Source: an uncultured SAR86 cluster bacterium
GTDB lineage: Bacteria; Pseudomonadota; Gammaproteobacteria; Magnimaribacterales; D2472
Assembly (NCBI GenBank): GCA_902583575.1
Contig: CACHWY010000003.1
Span: forward strand, 22,962 to 86,961
Length of the DNA stretch: 64,000 nt
Reading direction: 5' to 3'
Part shown: piece by piece, positions 9,252 through 20,020 of the stretch
How positions within the stretch are numbered: position 1 is the stretch's first letter
How the letters are laid out: each line of letters begins with the position of its first letter
Notes under the pieces: generated by a model
Databases searched by the model: none
What the model was told of the DNA's origin: nothing
What the model saw: only the letters and a program-made list of their open reading frames with translations
Position numbers and translations under genes: made by a program

Positions 9252-11435
9252 CTATTTCTCATTAATATTTCTTTTGCAACTTGTAGTTGATTTCATTGAT
9301 CTTACTTTTTGCATTACATTTCTTAATTCCTCTTTATTTTCTACCTCAATTTGTATTTCAAAACCTGCAAATTTTTTATCAATAGTTTTTGTAATTACGG
9401 ATCCAATATTAATCCCAGCTCGGGCGAATACAGATCCTAAATCAGATAAAACTCCTACTTTATCTTCAGTATTTACATCTATATTTACCTTATATAAATG
9501 CACTTTCTTATTTTCTCCCCAGATTGCAGAAATATATCTAGAATCTTTATCTAGAAAAGGTTTTACTTGTTTACATCTTTTATGGTGAACAACTATTCCT
9601 TTTTCTGTATCTGAATGTGCTACAACGCTATCCCCATGAATCGGAAAACAACATTTTGCAAAACGAACTGAAACACCCTCAATTCTATTATCAATAATTA
9701 AAACTGGATTTGGTTTTTTAATACCTTCTCTAATTTGAAGGCCAGAATAAAATCTTTCAGCAATAATATTTCCGGTCCTTTTACCCAAACCAAGTTCAGT
9801 AAGAAGAGTGTTTAATGAAGTTACGCCAATAGAGTCCAAAATCTTCTTAAGTGAACTTCCTCTAAATTCAGAAAGGCTTGATCCAGCTCTTTTTAATTCA
9901 CTTTCTAACATTATTTTTCCAGCTTTACGTGCATCAGATGTTTTTTGTTTTCTTAATCTTGACCTAATAGCGGTCCTAGCTTTACTTGTTACTACATAAT
10001 TAAGCCAAGATGGATCTACTTCTGAATTTATCTTAGAGGTTATAATATCGACAGTTTGACCAGTTTCTAGTTCAATATTTAAAGGGACTTCACTTCTATT
10101 AACTTTACAACCAACTATGGTATCACCCAGATCAGTATGAACTTCATATGCAAAATCTATCGGGGTCGAGCCCTTTCTTAATGCATAAATATCACCTTTT
10201 GGTGAAAATAAAAATACCTCATCAGATTCTAAATCTGTTTTTATTGATTTTGCAAATTCAGATGGATTATTCGAATTCTTTTCTAAATCAACAAGCCCGC
10301 TTAGCCATTTCGTCGCTCGCAATTCTGTATTAACATCTTTATCTTGAGTTTTGTATTGCCAATGAGCTGCAATACCAAAGCTAGCTATTTCAGACATACT
10401 TCTTGTTTGAATTTGAACCTCTATTGGGAATGCATTTAGAGCAAGAAGACTTGTGTGCAATGCTTGATATCCATTACTTTTTGGGATTGCTATGTAATCT
10501 TTAAATTTATTTTCTATAGGAGAGAAATAATTATGAATCACTCCCAAAGATCTATAACATTCATCAACTGAATCAACTAGAATCCTAAAACCATAGACAT
10601 CAAGAATTTCTGAAAAAGGTTTATGCTTGGATTTAATCTTTCTATATATGCTATAAATATTTTTTTCTCTGCCTTTTACTCCTACAGTTTCAATCCCATT
10701 AGCTTTAAGGCGTCGCTTAAGCTCCTTTCTAATCTTTGCGACAATTCTCTTTCTTCCACCACTTGATTTTTTTATTGCGCTCTCAAGCATTGAGACTCTT
10801 AAAGGATAGATGCATCTAAATGCAAGATCTTCAAGTTCAGCTCTAATATCTTGCATACCTATCCTTAAGGCTAGAGGCCCATATAATTGAATGGTTTCTT
10901 TAGACTTCTCTAATTGTTTTGATCTAGGTAAATGCTCTATTGTTCTCATGTTATGCAAACGATCACAAATTTTTACCAAGACAACTCTTATATCTTTAGA
11001 TATCGCAAGCATCATTTTCTGTAAGTTATTAGCATCTCTTTCAGATCTATTGGTTATATCGAGATTACTCAATTTGCTTACTCCATCAACTATTTCTGCT
11101 ACATCATCTCCAAATAATTTAATTAAATCCTTTTTATTAACATCACAATCTTCCAATACATCGTGCATTAAAGCTGCACATATAGAATCTGAATCCATTT
11201 TTAGATCTAAAAGAATATTAGCAACAGCAATTGGATGAGTAATATACTTTGAACCATCCCTTCTTTCTTGCCCCTCATGTGCATAAAATGCAAGCGAATA
11301 GGCTTTTTGTATCCTCTTTATATCTTTTTTGCTTATATAAGACTTAAGGGATTTATAAAAATTTGGAGGTAACCTTAATAAGTCATCTTTAGAAAAATCA
11401 TTTGACAAAATGTTTGGGAGTGCATGGCTACTCAA
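9252..11435 (-). CDS. spoT: Bifunctional (p)ppGpp synthetase/hydrolase
   Basis: The HD hydrolase motif (HPIAVANIL...LMHDVLED), a RelA/SpoT synthetase core, and TGS and ACT-like C-terminal regions. It is 727 aa and lies downstream of rpoZ. Confidence 0.92.
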   Translation of the reverse strand: MSSHALPNILSNDFSKDDLLRLPPNFYKSLKSYISKKDIKRIQKAYSLAFYAHEGQERRDGSKYITHPIAVANILLDLKMDSDSICAALMHDVLEDCDVNKKDLIKLFGDDVAEIVDGVSKLSNLDITNRSERDANNLQKMMLAISKDIRVVLVKICDRLHNMRTIEHLPRSKQLEKSKETIQLYGPLALRIGMQDIRAELEDLAFRCIYPLRVSMLESAIKKSSGGRKRIVAKIRKELKRRLKANGIETVGVKGREKNIYSIYRKIKSKHKPFSEILDVYGFRILVDSVDECYRSLGVIHNYFSPIENKFKDYIAIPKSNGYQALHTSLLALNAFPIEVQIQTRSMSEIASFGIAAHWQYKTQDKDVNTELRATKWLSGLVDLEKNSNNPSEFAKSIKTDLESDEVFLFSPKGDIYALRKGSTPIDFAYEVHTDLGDTIVGCKVNRSEVPLNIELETGQTVDIITSKINSEVDPSWLNYVVTSKARTAIRSRLRKQKTSDARKAGKIMLESELKRAGSSLSEFRGSSLKKILDSIGVTSLNTLLTELGLGKRTGNIIAERFYSGLQIREGIKKPNPVLIIDNRIEGVSVRFAKCCFPIHGDSVVAHSDTEKGIVVHHKRCKQVKPFLDKDSRYISAIWGENKKVHLYKVNIDVNTEDKVGVLSDLGSVFARAGINIGSVITKTIDKKFAGFEIQIEVENKEELRNVMQKVRSMKSTTSCKRNINEK

Positions 11436-11454
11436 GAGAACCCCCTATAGTCAT

Positions 11455-11724
11455 TTATCCTTCGTTATTGTTTTCCGGGCTGCTGGGAACGGAAAACTCA
11501 TCTAAGAGAAGATCTTCTTCAAGAGTTCTTTCTAGAGTTTCTGGATCTAACAATCCCTCTTCAATTTCTCTTAATGCAACCAATGTAGGCTTATCATTAT
11601 CCCATTCGACTAATGGATCTCTGCTTGTTGTAGATAGCTGTCTAGCTCTTTTTGATGCCATAAGTATCAAATCAAATCTACTTGGAATCTTTTCTAAACA
11701 ATCTTCTACTGTAATTCTGGCCAT
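11455..11724 (-). CDS. rpoZ: RNA polymerase omega subunit
   Basis: [30 protein letters not shown] is the canonical omega N-terminus. Confidence 0.95.
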   Translation of the reverse strand: MARITVEDCLEKIPSRFDLILMASKRARQLSTTSRDPLVEWDNDKPTLVALREIEEGLLDPETLERTLEEDLLLDEFSVPSSPENNNEG

Positions 11725-11763
11725 TTAAATTCTCCTGGGATGAGTATTCTAATTGCAATTAAG

Positions 11764-12390
11764 CTATTTATCCAATAAATCTTGTAATATATTTAAGTTA
11801 TCTTGTTTATTATATTCATGATTTATATTAAATATAATAGAGCTTAGTTCTTTAACTGTTTCATTAAAATTATCATTTAAAACTATATAATCAAATAATT
11901 CAGCAGATTCTAATTCTTTTTTGGCATTGACTAGCCTATTCTCAATAGCGTCATCTGAGTCAGATCCTCTTAAAACAAGTCTATTCTTTAACTCATCAAA
12001 TGATGGAGGGATTATAAAAATAGATAAGTTATCTACATTTAACTTTTTAATTTGATTAAACCCTTGCACATCTATATCTAAAATTATATTAATGCCGGCT
12101 TCTGTCTTTTCATCAATAAAAGATTTTAGAGTGCCATACTGGAAACCATGAACATTTGCATTCTCTATAAACGCATCTCTATCTTTAAGATCATTAAATT
12201 CTTCATCTGATATAAAGAAATATTCCTTACCATTAACTTCACCATCTCGAGCATCTCTGGTGGTTGCGGATATAGATAATTCTATTTTATTAGGACTTAA
12301 ATCTATAATTTTCTTAATCAAAGAAGATTTTCCTGCTCCTGAAGGAGCAGAAAAAATAATCAATCTACCCTTATTGCTTTTATTCGACAT
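11764..12390 (-). CDS. gmk: Guanylate kinase
   Basis: SAPSGAGKSS P-loop, then ATTRDARDGEVNGKEYFF. I prefer the start at the internal ATG (MSNKSNKGRLIIF), which matches the N-terminal spacing of E. coli Gmk. The track's longest ORF starts at 12417. Confidence 0.9.
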   Translation of the reverse strand: MSNKSNKGRLIIFSAPSGAGKSSLIKKIIDLSPNKIELSISATTRDARDGEVNGKEYFFISDEEFNDLKDRDAFIENANVHGFQYGTLKSFIDEKTEAGINIILDIDVQGFNQIKKLNVDNLSIFIIPPSFDELKNRLVLRGSDSDDAIENRLVNAKKELESAELFDYIVLNDNFNETVKELSSIIFNINHEYNKQDNLNILQDLLDK

Positions 12391-13228
12391 TTTGTATTTG
12401 TTCTCGCATCTCTTCAATAGATAGTTTTATATCAAGAGCATGATCCTTCATTTTAGAATCATCTAATTTTACAGTAAGAGTATTAGCTTCTCTAAAAAGT
12501 TCTTGCAATATAAAGTCTATCTTCTTTCCACTACTATCATTCTTAGCTATTTCTTTTTTCAATGATTTTGTATGAAATAAAATTCTATCAATCTCTTCTG
12601 AGACATCATGTTTTAATGCTAATAAAGCGACATCTTGATCAATCCTAGCTTCATCAAAATTATTTAAAATTTCTGAAACTTTTAATTTATAAGATTTTAT
12701 TCTTTCATTTAGATTTTTATTATTTGTCTTATGAATATTTGCTGTTATGGATTCAATTTTTAATGTTTTTTTTATTAAAACATTTTGTATCTTGAGACCC
12801 TCTTCATTTCTAGAGTCAATAAAATCATTTAAAGCATTATTAAAAGCACCTTTAACTAATTTTTTATTAATGTTCTGTGCTAAGTTCACTTTAAAAATAC
12901 CAGGCACATCTTTAATGTCTCTAAATTTTAAATCTTCTGATAAGGTTAAACTCTTGCTTAAAGACCTCTCTAACTTTTTTAAAAGCTTTGAATCTATTGA
13001 GTAAGTTGTCTTTGCAGAAGATTTCGATTTAATTCTAATATCGACCTTGCCCCTTTTAATCTTTTTAGATAATAAATTTCTAATAAATTTATCTAGATCA
13101 TTGTTTAAATCATTTGGTTTTATGGATATTTCTAAAAACCTATGGTTTACGCTCTTGACTTCAATATAAACTTCAGAATCATTTTCAATCGAAGTCCCTG
13201 CCCCAAATCCAGTCATGCTAATTAACAT
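12380..13228 (-). CDS. yicC: YicC family stress-induced protein
   Basis: MLISMTGFG start, VKSVNHRFLE, and the C-terminal LQELFREANT...REQIQNVE. Confidence 0.9.
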   Translation of the reverse strand: MLISMTGFGAGTSIENDSEVYIEVKSVNHRFLEISIKPNDLNNDLDKFIRNLLSKKIKRGKVDIRIKSKSSAKTTYSIDSKLLKKLERSLSKSLTLSEDLKFRDIKDVPGIFKVNLAQNINKKLVKGAFNNALNDFIDSRNEEGLKIQNVLIKKTLKIESITANIHKTNNKNLNERIKSYKLKVSEILNNFDEARIDQDVALLALKHDVSEEIDRILFHTKSLKKEIAKNDSSGKKIDFILQELFREANTLTVKLDDSKMKDHALDIKLSIEEMREQIQNVE

Positions 13229-13269
13229 TTAATTATTGTATTTTGCAATAGATTTTAGTTCTAGTGATA

Positions 13270-13926
13270 TTAATCAAAAATAAATCCTAATTCTTTTAGT
13301 TTTTCATTAGAGATATTACTTAAATTAGCAGAATCTTCAGAGCAATTAAATATTTCATAAGATGAATTATTAAAATTATTCTCTACGAAAAACTGAATAA
13401 TCTTAGCAGCATTGTTCCTATGTAGATGATTTTTAGGGATCTCAATTGAGTCTGAATCATAAAGTCCTGAGAATCTCAGAATTAATAACTTATCTTTATA
13501 GTTTTTAATTTGATTGGCCTCATATATAGAGATAATTCTTCCTCTGTAGTCACTGGGTTTGGGGTCATCTAATTCATTAAAAACCCTATCTTTATCTTTT
13601 CCATAAACTCTGGTTGATGAGATCGATATAAACTTGTTAAATGAAATAGTACTTAATAGTTTTTGAATATTTTTAATAGAATTTATAAAACCATCTTTAT
13701 ATCCTCTTTCACTTGACGAGCTTGGCTTTGGAATAAATACGATAGATTCAAAATCAATATTATTTAAATTTGGTAAATCTTCAGAAAGCCAGTCCCATTT
13801 TATAAAGTTTTTAATTTCTTTATTCTCTCTAGAAACTCCATATACGTTATAGATATCTTTATTTAAATTATGTGTTAATCTTTTTGCGATATCACCGAAA
13901 CCAATTATTAAAATATTTTTTTTCAT
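13270..13926 (-). CDS. NAD(P)-binding Rossmann-fold protein (atypical SDR/epimerase-like)
   Basis: N-terminal ILIIGFGDIAKRL dinucleotide-binding motif, 218 aa. No specific family recognised. Confidence 0.5.
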   Translation of the reverse strand: MKKNILIIGFGDIAKRLTHNLNKDIYNVYGVSRENKEIKNFIKWDWLSEDLPNLNNIDFESIVFIPKPSSSSERGYKDGFINSIKNIQKLLSTISFNKFISISSTRVYGKDKDRVFNELDDPKPSDYRGRIISIYEANQIKNYKDKLLILRFSGLYDSDSIEIPKNHLHRNNAAKIIQFFVENNFNNSSYEIFNCSEDSANLSNISNEKLKELGFIFD

Positions 13927-13941
13927 TAAGTTTATTTAGTC

Positions 13942-13970
13942 AAAAAAAATCCAGGGATGCAACCCTGGAT
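13942..13970 (-). terminator. Rho-independent terminator of hppA
   Basis: An 8-bp stem (ATCCAGGG / CCCTGGAT, 13949-13956 and 13963-13970) with a 6-nt loop. On the minus strand it is followed by a run of about 8 T (plus-strand A run 13942-13949). It sits about 20 nt after the hppA stop. Confidence 0.75.
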
Positions 13971-13989
13971 TTCAAATATATAAGATTTA

Positions 13990-15972
13990 TTAAATGCTTA
14001 AGAGTGGCGCAATAACCAAACTAACAATTGCCATTACATTAATCAAAATATTCATTGATGGTCCTGATGTATCCTTAAATGGATCTCCAACCGTATCTCC
14101 AACTACAGCAGCTGCATGAGTATCTGAACCCTTGCCCCCTAAATTACCTTTCTCAACATATTTTTTTGCATTATCCCAAGCTCCTCCAGCATTTGCCATC
14201 ATCAGCGCTAATGAAACACAACCAAGCAATCCACCAGCAAGCATTCCACCTAGAGCCTGTGCGCCTAGCCCAAAACCAACAATAGTTGGCATTGATACGG
14301 CTATTACTCCAGGCAACATCATTTTCTTAAGAGCTGCTGTTGTAGCAATTTCAACGCATTTTTCAGAGTCAGGCTCTGCTGTACCCTCCATTAAACCTGG
14401 TATCTCTTTAAACTGTCTTCTTATTTCATTAATCATTTCAAAAGCTGCGTCTCCGACTGCTGTCATGGTTATTGAAGAAACTAAGAAAGGTATGCATACT
14501 CCAATAAACATTCCAACTAAGACAATTGGCTCTGTAAGTGCTAATGAGAATTCTGGATTTGCATCTGCTACTACAGCTGAAAAAGCTGAAATTATTGCTA
14601 GAGCAGCTAATGCTGCAGCTCCAATTGCAAAACCTTTTCCAATTGCAGCAGTAGTATTTCCTAATTCATCAAGAGAATCAGTAATTTCTCTTACTTCTTC
14701 ACCCATGCCTGACATTTCAGCGATGCCACCAGCATTATCAGCAACTGGTCCATATGCATCTATTGCCATTGTTATTCCAACCGTTGCGAGCATACCAACA
14801 GCAGCAATTCCAACGCCATAAATGCCTGATAATTGAGTTGAGGTAAGAATAATTCCAGCCAAAATGCCAATAGGTATTACAACTGATTGCATTCCAACTG
14901 ATAATCCTGAAATCATTACTGTTGCAGATCCAGTTTCTCCTGACTCAGCAATTTTTTTAACTGGGCTACCGCCTGTGTAATATTCTGTAATAAGGCCAAT
15001 CAAGACTCCGCCTACTGCACCAGCAATAACACACCACCATACATTCATTCCAACTCCTTCAAAAGAGTCAATTATGAAATAGGCCATAGCCACAAATATT
15101 ACTGGTGCTAAAAGAGTTCCAGATCTTAATGCGCTCGCAGGTGCTTTTGCAGACTGAAGCTTAACTATAAATATTCCAATTATTGACGCTATTAAACCAG
15201 TAGATGCTAAAGCTAAAGGAAGCATCATCATATCTTTATTACCTAGGGTGTAAGCTATAGCTATAGATGCAATCATAGAACCACAATATGATTCAAATAT
15301 ATCTGAACCCATCCCAGCAACATCACCAACATTATCACCAACATTATCTGCTATAACACCTGGATTTCTTGGGTCATCTTCAGGGATGCCTGCTTCAATC
15401 TTACCAACAAGATCAGCTCCAACGTCTGCACTTTTTGTAAAAATTCCCCCGCCAACTCTGGAAAATAGGGCTACTACAGATGCCCCCATAGCAAAACCTT
15501 CAAGCTTATGAGGATCAATTTCAGCTGGTATATAGAAAAAATATAAGCCCCCTAAACCTATTAGACCCAATGACGCCACACAAAGACCCATTATTGAGCC
15601 GCCGTAAAAAGAGACTGTTAAAGCTGCAGCAGAGCCATCTTTTTGAGCTGCTGTCGCTGTTCTCACATTTGCTTTAGTAGCGGCGTACATTCCAATAAAT
15701 CCTGCAATTGATGAACATAAAGCACCTACAATAACCGCTATTGCAGTGTAAGGACCTAATGCATACCAAGCTAGACCAACAATTACAGCCATAAAAATAA
15801 ACAGATATTTATATTCTGTTTTCATAAAGGTTAATGCCCCTGTATGAATTTGGTCACCAATTTTTTTTACTTTATCTTCTCCATCAGGATATTTCATGAC
15901 AAGCATGTAAACTACAAATGCCATGACCATACCTAATAGACCTAATACTGGTGGAATGATTAAATTATCCAT
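13990..15972 (-). CDS. hppA: Membrane-bound ion-translocating pyrophosphatase (K+-dependent subtype by motif)
   Basis: 660 aa polytopic protein with [12 protein letters not shown] motifs ([22 protein letters not shown]) and [14 protein letters not shown], which carries Ala rather than Lys at the K+-dependence position. Confidence 0.92.
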   Translation of the reverse strand: MDNLIIPPVLGLLGMVMAFVVYMLVMKYPDGEDKVKKIGDQIHTGALTFMKTEYKYLFIFMAVIVGLAWYALGPYTAIAVIVGALCSSIAGFIGMYAATKANVRTATAAQKDGSAAALTVSFYGGSIMGLCVASLGLIGLGGLYFFYIPAEIDPHKLEGFAMGASVVALFSRVGGGIFTKSADVGADLVGKIEAGIPEDDPRNPGVIADNVGDNVGDVAGMGSDIFESYCGSMIASIAIAYTLGNKDMMMLPLALASTGLIASIIGIFIVKLQSAKAPASALRSGTLLAPVIFVAMAYFIIDSFEGVGMNVWWCVIAGAVGGVLIGLITEYYTGGSPVKKIAESGETGSATVMISGLSVGMQSVVIPIGILAGIILTSTQLSGIYGVGIAAVGMLATVGITMAIDAYGPVADNAGGIAEMSGMGEEVREITDSLDELGNTTAAIGKGFAIGAAALAALAIISAFSAVVADANPEFSLALTEPIVLVGMFIGVCIPFLVSSITMTAVGDAAFEMINEIRRQFKEIPGLMEGTAEPDSEKCVEIATTAALKKMMLPGVIAVSMPTIVGFGLGAQALGGMLAGGLLGCVSLALMMANAGGAWDNAKKYVEKGNLGGKGSDTHAAAVVGDTVGDPFKDTSGPSMNILINVMAIVSLVIAPLLSI

Positions 15973-16039
15973 ATAGAAACCCCTTGTTTTTTAATAAGGC
16001 ATTCTAGCAAATAATTTATGAGAAGACGTATATTTTATT

Positions 16040-17290
16040 CTATTTGTTGAATACTTCTTTATCTAAAAGATTTTCAGAGTTAGCAACCACACAAGCCACT
16101 GCAGCATCACCTGTTACATTTACTGAAGTTCTTATCATGTCTAAGATCCTATCTACAGCCAAGATAATACCTATAGCTTCTAAAGGAAGTCCAAATTGTT
16201 GGAGAATGATAACCAATGTAATTGTTCCAGCAGATGGAACAGCAGCTGTGCCAATAGATGTAACAACTGCGAGAATCACAACTTGCACATATTGAATTAA
16301 AGTTAGATCTATTCCTGACATTTGAGCAATAAAAACTGTTGCCATACCTTGCATAATTGCAGTGCCATCCATATTAATTGTTGCTCCAACTGGAACCACA
16401 AAAGAAGAAACATTCTTGTTAACTCCTAAATCATTTTGAACTGTTTTAAGCGTAACTGGAATTGTTGCAGCGCTTGAGGAGGTAGAGAATGCAAAAATAG
16501 CAACCTCTTTCATTTTTCTATAAAAAGTAGTGATGCTTAAATTTGTAAACACTTTTAGTATTAGTGAATACGTAATAAAGACATGTAAAAATAATACAGA
16601 GATTAATAAAACTACATACTTAAAAGCTTCTTGAAAGATATTTAATCCATCAGTTATTACAAATTTTCCAATCAAGCAAAATACGCCAATCGGAGCAAAA
16701 GAAATAATCATAATAACTAGTTGCATAAAAACAGTATTTAATTTTTCAAAAGCGCTGCTAAAGTTGCCTGTTAAATGATTGGTTTTGTTTAAAGCAATTC
16801 CAAATAAAATACTAAAAAATACAACAGCAAGCATTTGATTTTGTGCCATAGCCTCAAGAATATTTGAGGGGAATATCCCTAATATTGTTTCATATAGTCC
16901 CTGCCCCTCTGGGAGTTTATCTGGTGGTGCTATTTCAGATGAGTATCCCGCTCCTGGTTTAAAAATAGAAGCTATCATCAAAGATAGACTAACAGCTATA
17001 GCCGTAGTACCAAGATATAAACTAATGGTTTTAACTGTAATATTGCCAAGACTTTTCATACTTGTAAGAGAAGAAATACCAGAAACAAGAGAGAAAAATA
17101 CTAATGGAATAATTAACATTTTTAATAGGTTAATAAAAATTGAGCCGCCTAGATTAAAAATATATGTAGCAAAAAAATCATTAAGTACTTGAGGCAAAAA
17201 TTCGAGATAATAAAAGGAAGCTCCAACGATAAAGCCAAGAAACATACCTAAAAGAATATTCTTTGTTAAATTCTTTGGAGTTTCAATCAT
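16040..17290 (-). CDS. Dicarboxylate/amino acid:cation symporter (DAACS, GltP/DctA-like)
   Basis: 416 aa polytopic protein with SSSAATIPV and NMDGTA reentrant-loop motifs and [17 protein letters not shown]. The start ATG overlaps the stop of the upstream rubredoxin (ATGA). Confidence 0.85.
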   Translation of the reverse strand: MIETPKNLTKNILLGMFLGFIVGASFYYLEFLPQVLNDFFATYIFNLGGSIFINLLKMLIIPLVFFSLVSGISSLTSMKSLGNITVKTISLYLGTTAIAVSLSLMIASIFKPGAGYSSEIAPPDKLPEGQGLYETILGIFPSNILEAMAQNQMLAVVFFSILFGIALNKTNHLTGNFSSAFEKLNTVFMQLVIMIISFAPIGVFCLIGKFVITDGLNIFQEAFKYVVLLISVLFLHVFITYSLILKVFTNLSITTFYRKMKEVAIFAFSTSSSAATIPVTLKTVQNDLGVNKNVSSFVVPVGATINMDGTAIMQGMATVFIAQMSGIDLTLIQYVQVVILAVVTSIGTAAVPSAGTITLVIILQQFGLPLEAIGIILAVDRILDMIRTSVNVTGDAAVACVVANSENLLDKEVFNK

Positions 17291-17460
17291 GTTATCTCTA
17301 TCATATCAAAATCTTCTTTACCAACACCACATTCAGGACATAACCAATCTTCAGGTACATCCTCCCATGCAGTTCCAGGCTCAATTCCATCATCAGGCCA
17401 TCCAAGCTCTTCATCATATATCAGACCACATACGATACATTCCCACTTCTTATATTTCAT
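17287..17460 (-). CDS. rubA: Rubredoxin (57 aa, absent from the ORF track)
   Basis: Hand translation of the minus strand gives [57 protein letters not shown]. It has both CxxCG and CPxCG iron-binding knuckles and the conserved aromatic core. The track's plus-strand ORF 17289-17507 is its antisense shadow. Confidence 0.88.
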   Translation of the reverse strand: MKYKKWECIVCGLIYDEELGWPDDGIEPGTAWEDVPEDWLCPECGVGKEDFDMIEIT

Positions 17461-17531
17461 TTGATACTAAAAATTTACTTATTTCGTTTAAAGCAACGAG
17501 GCTATAATATCAGATTTAAGAATTTAAATTA

Positions 17532-18029
17532 ATGAAGCTTAAACAAATATCTCAATGGATCTCATATGAAGCTATGAATGCCCAGCTAAAAAGCAAGATT
17601 ATAAAATCATGGCTTTTAGAAGAAGGTCCAATAACTAAGAGGATCGAATCAAATGAAAAATTTGAACTTAAGTTGCTTAGGGATGATTTAGGTAATGTTA
17701 ATAAATTAGATAGGTCATTTCTTGGACATTTAAATGGAGATATGAAAATTAGAGAAGTAATCCTCTATGGCAATCAAAATCCAAGAGTTTATGCTCAATC
17801 TATCATTCCGGTTGAGACTATTAATAAAGGACTATCAAAACTTGGCAAACTTGGAACAAAGCCACTGGGTGATATTCTTTTTGAAAAGAATATTTTTAAA
17901 AAAGAAAACACCGTATTCGCTCAATTTAAAGACGAAAAAAATATATTTTGGGGAAGGAAAACGAAATACAATGTTAAATATAAGCCTTTTTCTGTAATGG
18001 AAGTTTTTCTTATTAATCAGGATGAATAA
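17532..18029 (+). CDS. ubiC: Chorismate pyruvate-lyase
   Basis: 165 aa, immediately upstream of ubiA and overlapping it by 8 nt. The REVILYGNQNPRVYAQSIIP and LGDILF segments fit UbiC. Confidence 0.75.
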   Translation: MKLKQISQWISYEAMNAQLKSKIIKSWLLEEGPITKRIESNEKFELKLLRDDLGNVNKLDRSFLGHLNGDMKIREVILYGNQNPRVYAQSIIPVETINKGLSKLGKLGTKPLGDILFEKNIFKKENTVFAQFKDEKNIFWGRKTKYNVKYKPFSVMEVFLINQDE

Positions 18030-18879
18030 AAATAAAATACAATCTCTCATTGAGCTGGCCCGTTTAGACAAACCAATAGGAATATATTTATTATTATGGC
18101 CTTCTTTGTTAGGACTTCTGCTAGCAGGAATTAATTCACAAATAAGCGTTAAAAGTATATTAATAGTTATCATTGGCTCTATTCTTGTAAGATCATGCGG
18201 ATGCGTTATTAATGATATAAGTGACTACAAATTAGATAAAATGGTATCGAGAACTGCTGGAAGACCTTTGGCTGTTGGTAATATAAGCATCATAGAAGCG
18301 TGGGTTTTGTTTATAGTTCTAGCTTTAATTTCTTTTGCTTTATTGTGGTTTACCAACGCCTTAACTATAAAACTATCCATTTTCTTTGGATTTTTAATAG
18401 TTTTATACCCGATTACCAAAAGATTTATAAGTGCTCCTCAGTTTATATTGGGAATAACATTTGGATCAGGCTCTTTAATAGCTTATTCACTTGAAACTAG
18501 TGTATTTTCCGCATCAATATTAACCCTATATATTGGAATAGTTGCCTGGATAATTAGTTTTGATACATATTATGCTCTTCAAGATAAAAATGATGACTTA
18601 GAGATAGGCATTAACTCAACTGCAATCTTGTGGGCTGAAAATGCGATTATATATTCTAAGCTATTACATCTAGCTTTTTATGCATCATTATTAACAATAG
18701 CTATAATTAATTCATTCTCTTATTTCTTCTTCTTTATATTCATAGGCTTGTTTTATTTATTTTTACATCAAAATAAACTTTTAAAAAATTCTGATTATTT
18801 AGGCGCCTTCAAAATAAATAATTGGATTGGAATAATTTCTGTGTCTGGTTTTGCTTTAGAAATTATTTTTTTAAACTGA
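18022..18879 (+). CDS. ubiA: 4-hydroxybenzoate polyprenyltransferase
   Basis: LARLDKPIGIYLLLWP start, the NDISDYKLDK Asp-rich motif, and a second Asp-rich motif YALQDKNDD. 285 aa polytopic. Confidence 0.92.
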   Translation: MNKNKIQSLIELARLDKPIGIYLLLWPSLLGLLLAGINSQISVKSILIVIIGSILVRSCGCVINDISDYKLDKMVSRTAGRPLAVGNISIIEAWVLFIVLALISFALLWFTNALTIKLSIFFGFLIVLYPITKRFISAPQFILGITFGSGSLIAYSLETSVFSASILTLYIGIVAWIISFDTYYALQDKNDDLEIGINSTAILWAENAIIYSKLLHLAFYASLLTIAIINSFSYFFFFIFIGLFYLFLHQNKLLKNSDYLGAFKINNWIGIISVSGFALEIIFLN

Positions 18880-18880
18880 T

Positions 18881-20020
18881 ATGAATAAACTAAAATTTAT
18901 TGAAGATATTTCTTCATTAAAAGAATCTGAATTTGATGACTTAAATAGTAAAGATGATTCCCCTTTTACTAAATATGGATTTTTAAATTCTTTGGAAGAG
19001 TCTAGATGTGTTTCAACAGTTAATGGATGGAAGCCAAATCATCTAGCAATATTTAATAAAAAAAAGTTGGGGGGCTTTATACCCTTGTATTTAAAAAATA
19101 ATAGTCACGGTGAGTTTGTATTTGATCACCAATGGTCTTATGCATTAAATAGGGCTGGAAGAAATTATTATCCAAAATTATTAACAGCTATTCCATTTAC
19201 TCCCTGTAAGACTAAAAAAATATTCAAAAGCGAAAAATTGGATTATGAAATCTTTATAGAAGAAATTAAAGATCTGATGATTAAAGACAATATAGAAACA
19301 TGGCATATGCTTTTTCCAGATGATGAAGTCCATAAGATACTCACTGATAGTAATTTTATAAAGAGAAGTGGTTATAAATTTATTTGGAATAATAAAAAAT
19401 ATAATTGTTTTGAAGATTATTTAGAAATTTTTACTTCTAGGCAAAGAAAGAATATTAAAAATGAAAGAGAGAAAGTTAAAAAAGCAGGAATTACTTTTAA
19501 GGTGAAAGACAAAAGTAATTTGACTGATGGGCATTGGGAAGATTTTTATAACTTTTATAAGAATACATATCTTGAAAGATTACAGGAACCATATCTAAAT
19601 TTAGATTTTTTTAAAGGGGTTCATGCAAATCGAATGCAACTGAACCCAATTATTATCTTTGCAGAGAAAAATAATAAGAAAATTGCAGCTGCACTATTTT
19701 ATAACGGTAAATCAGTACTTTATGGAAGACATTGGGGTGCTTCTGAATATGTAGACAATCTACATTTTGAATGCTGTTATTATCAAGGGATTGATTATTG
19801 TATAAAAAATAAAATAGCCCATTTTGATCCAGGTGTTCAAGGAGAACATAAGATGAGAAGAGGTTTTGAGGCAACAGAAACTTCCTCTTATCATTACATA
19901 ATGAAAGAAGATTTTAGAAATGCCATAAAAGATTTTTGTGCTAGAGAAGGAAAAGAAATTAAAAATTATTTAAAGGCCTGTGAAAGATATACACCCTTCA
20001 AGAAAGAATATAAAATTTAA
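18881..20020 (+). CDS. FemAB-like/GNAT-fold N-acyltransferase family protein (DUF482-type)
   Basis: 379 aa. The N-terminal SPFTKYGFLNSLEES, HGEFVFDHQW and YGRHWG segments match my memory of the PF04339-type family. Function unknown. Confidence 0.6.
   Translation: MNKLKFIEDISSLKESEFDDLNSKDDSPFTKYGFLNSLEESRCVSTVNGWKPNHLAIFNKKKLGGFIPLYLKNNSHGEFVFDHQWSYALNRAGRNYYPKLLTAIPFTPCKTKKIFKSEKLDYEIFIEEIKDLMIKDNIETWHMLFPDDEVHKILTDSNFIKRSGYKFIWNNKKYNCFEDYLEIFTSRQRKNIKNEREKVKKAGITFKVKDKSNLTDGHWEDFYNFYKNTYLERLQEPYLNLDFFKGVHANRMQLNPIIIFAEKNNKKIAAALFYNGKSVLYGRHWGASEYVDNLHFECCYYQGIDYCIKNKIAHFDPGVQGEHKMRRGFEATETSSYHYIMKEDFRNAIKDFCAREGKEIKNYLKACERYTPFKKEYKI

Noticed and set aside
9208-9588. A 126-aa plus-strand ORF. 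Similar antisense ORFs lie at 10891-11238, 11402-11728, 17835-18173, 28050-28367 and 62623-62994.
   Set aside because: All lie wholly or largely inside well-supported genes on the opposite strand (spoT, rpoZ, ubiC/ubiA, the DMGDH-like gene, dctM) and have low-complexity translations.
13927-13989. The hppA terminator hairpin as a possible REP or mobile palindromic element.
   Set aside because: I did not notice the stem sequence anywhere else in the window. Its position, with a T-run on the hppA strand, fits a simple intrinsic terminator.
14132-14821. A 229-aa plus-strand ORF (and 14079-14285) inside hppA.
   Set aside because: It is antisense to a confidently identified, G+C-rich, Gly/Ala-rich membrane gene. 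The translation is low-complexity (Pro/Ala/Ser/Ile runs) with no motif. This is the typical shadow ORF.
17289-17507. A 72-aa plus-strand track ORF between the symporter and ubiC.
   Set aside because: Its His/Gln-rich translation is the antisense shadow of the rubredoxin gene, which has unmistakable Cys knuckles on the minus strand.
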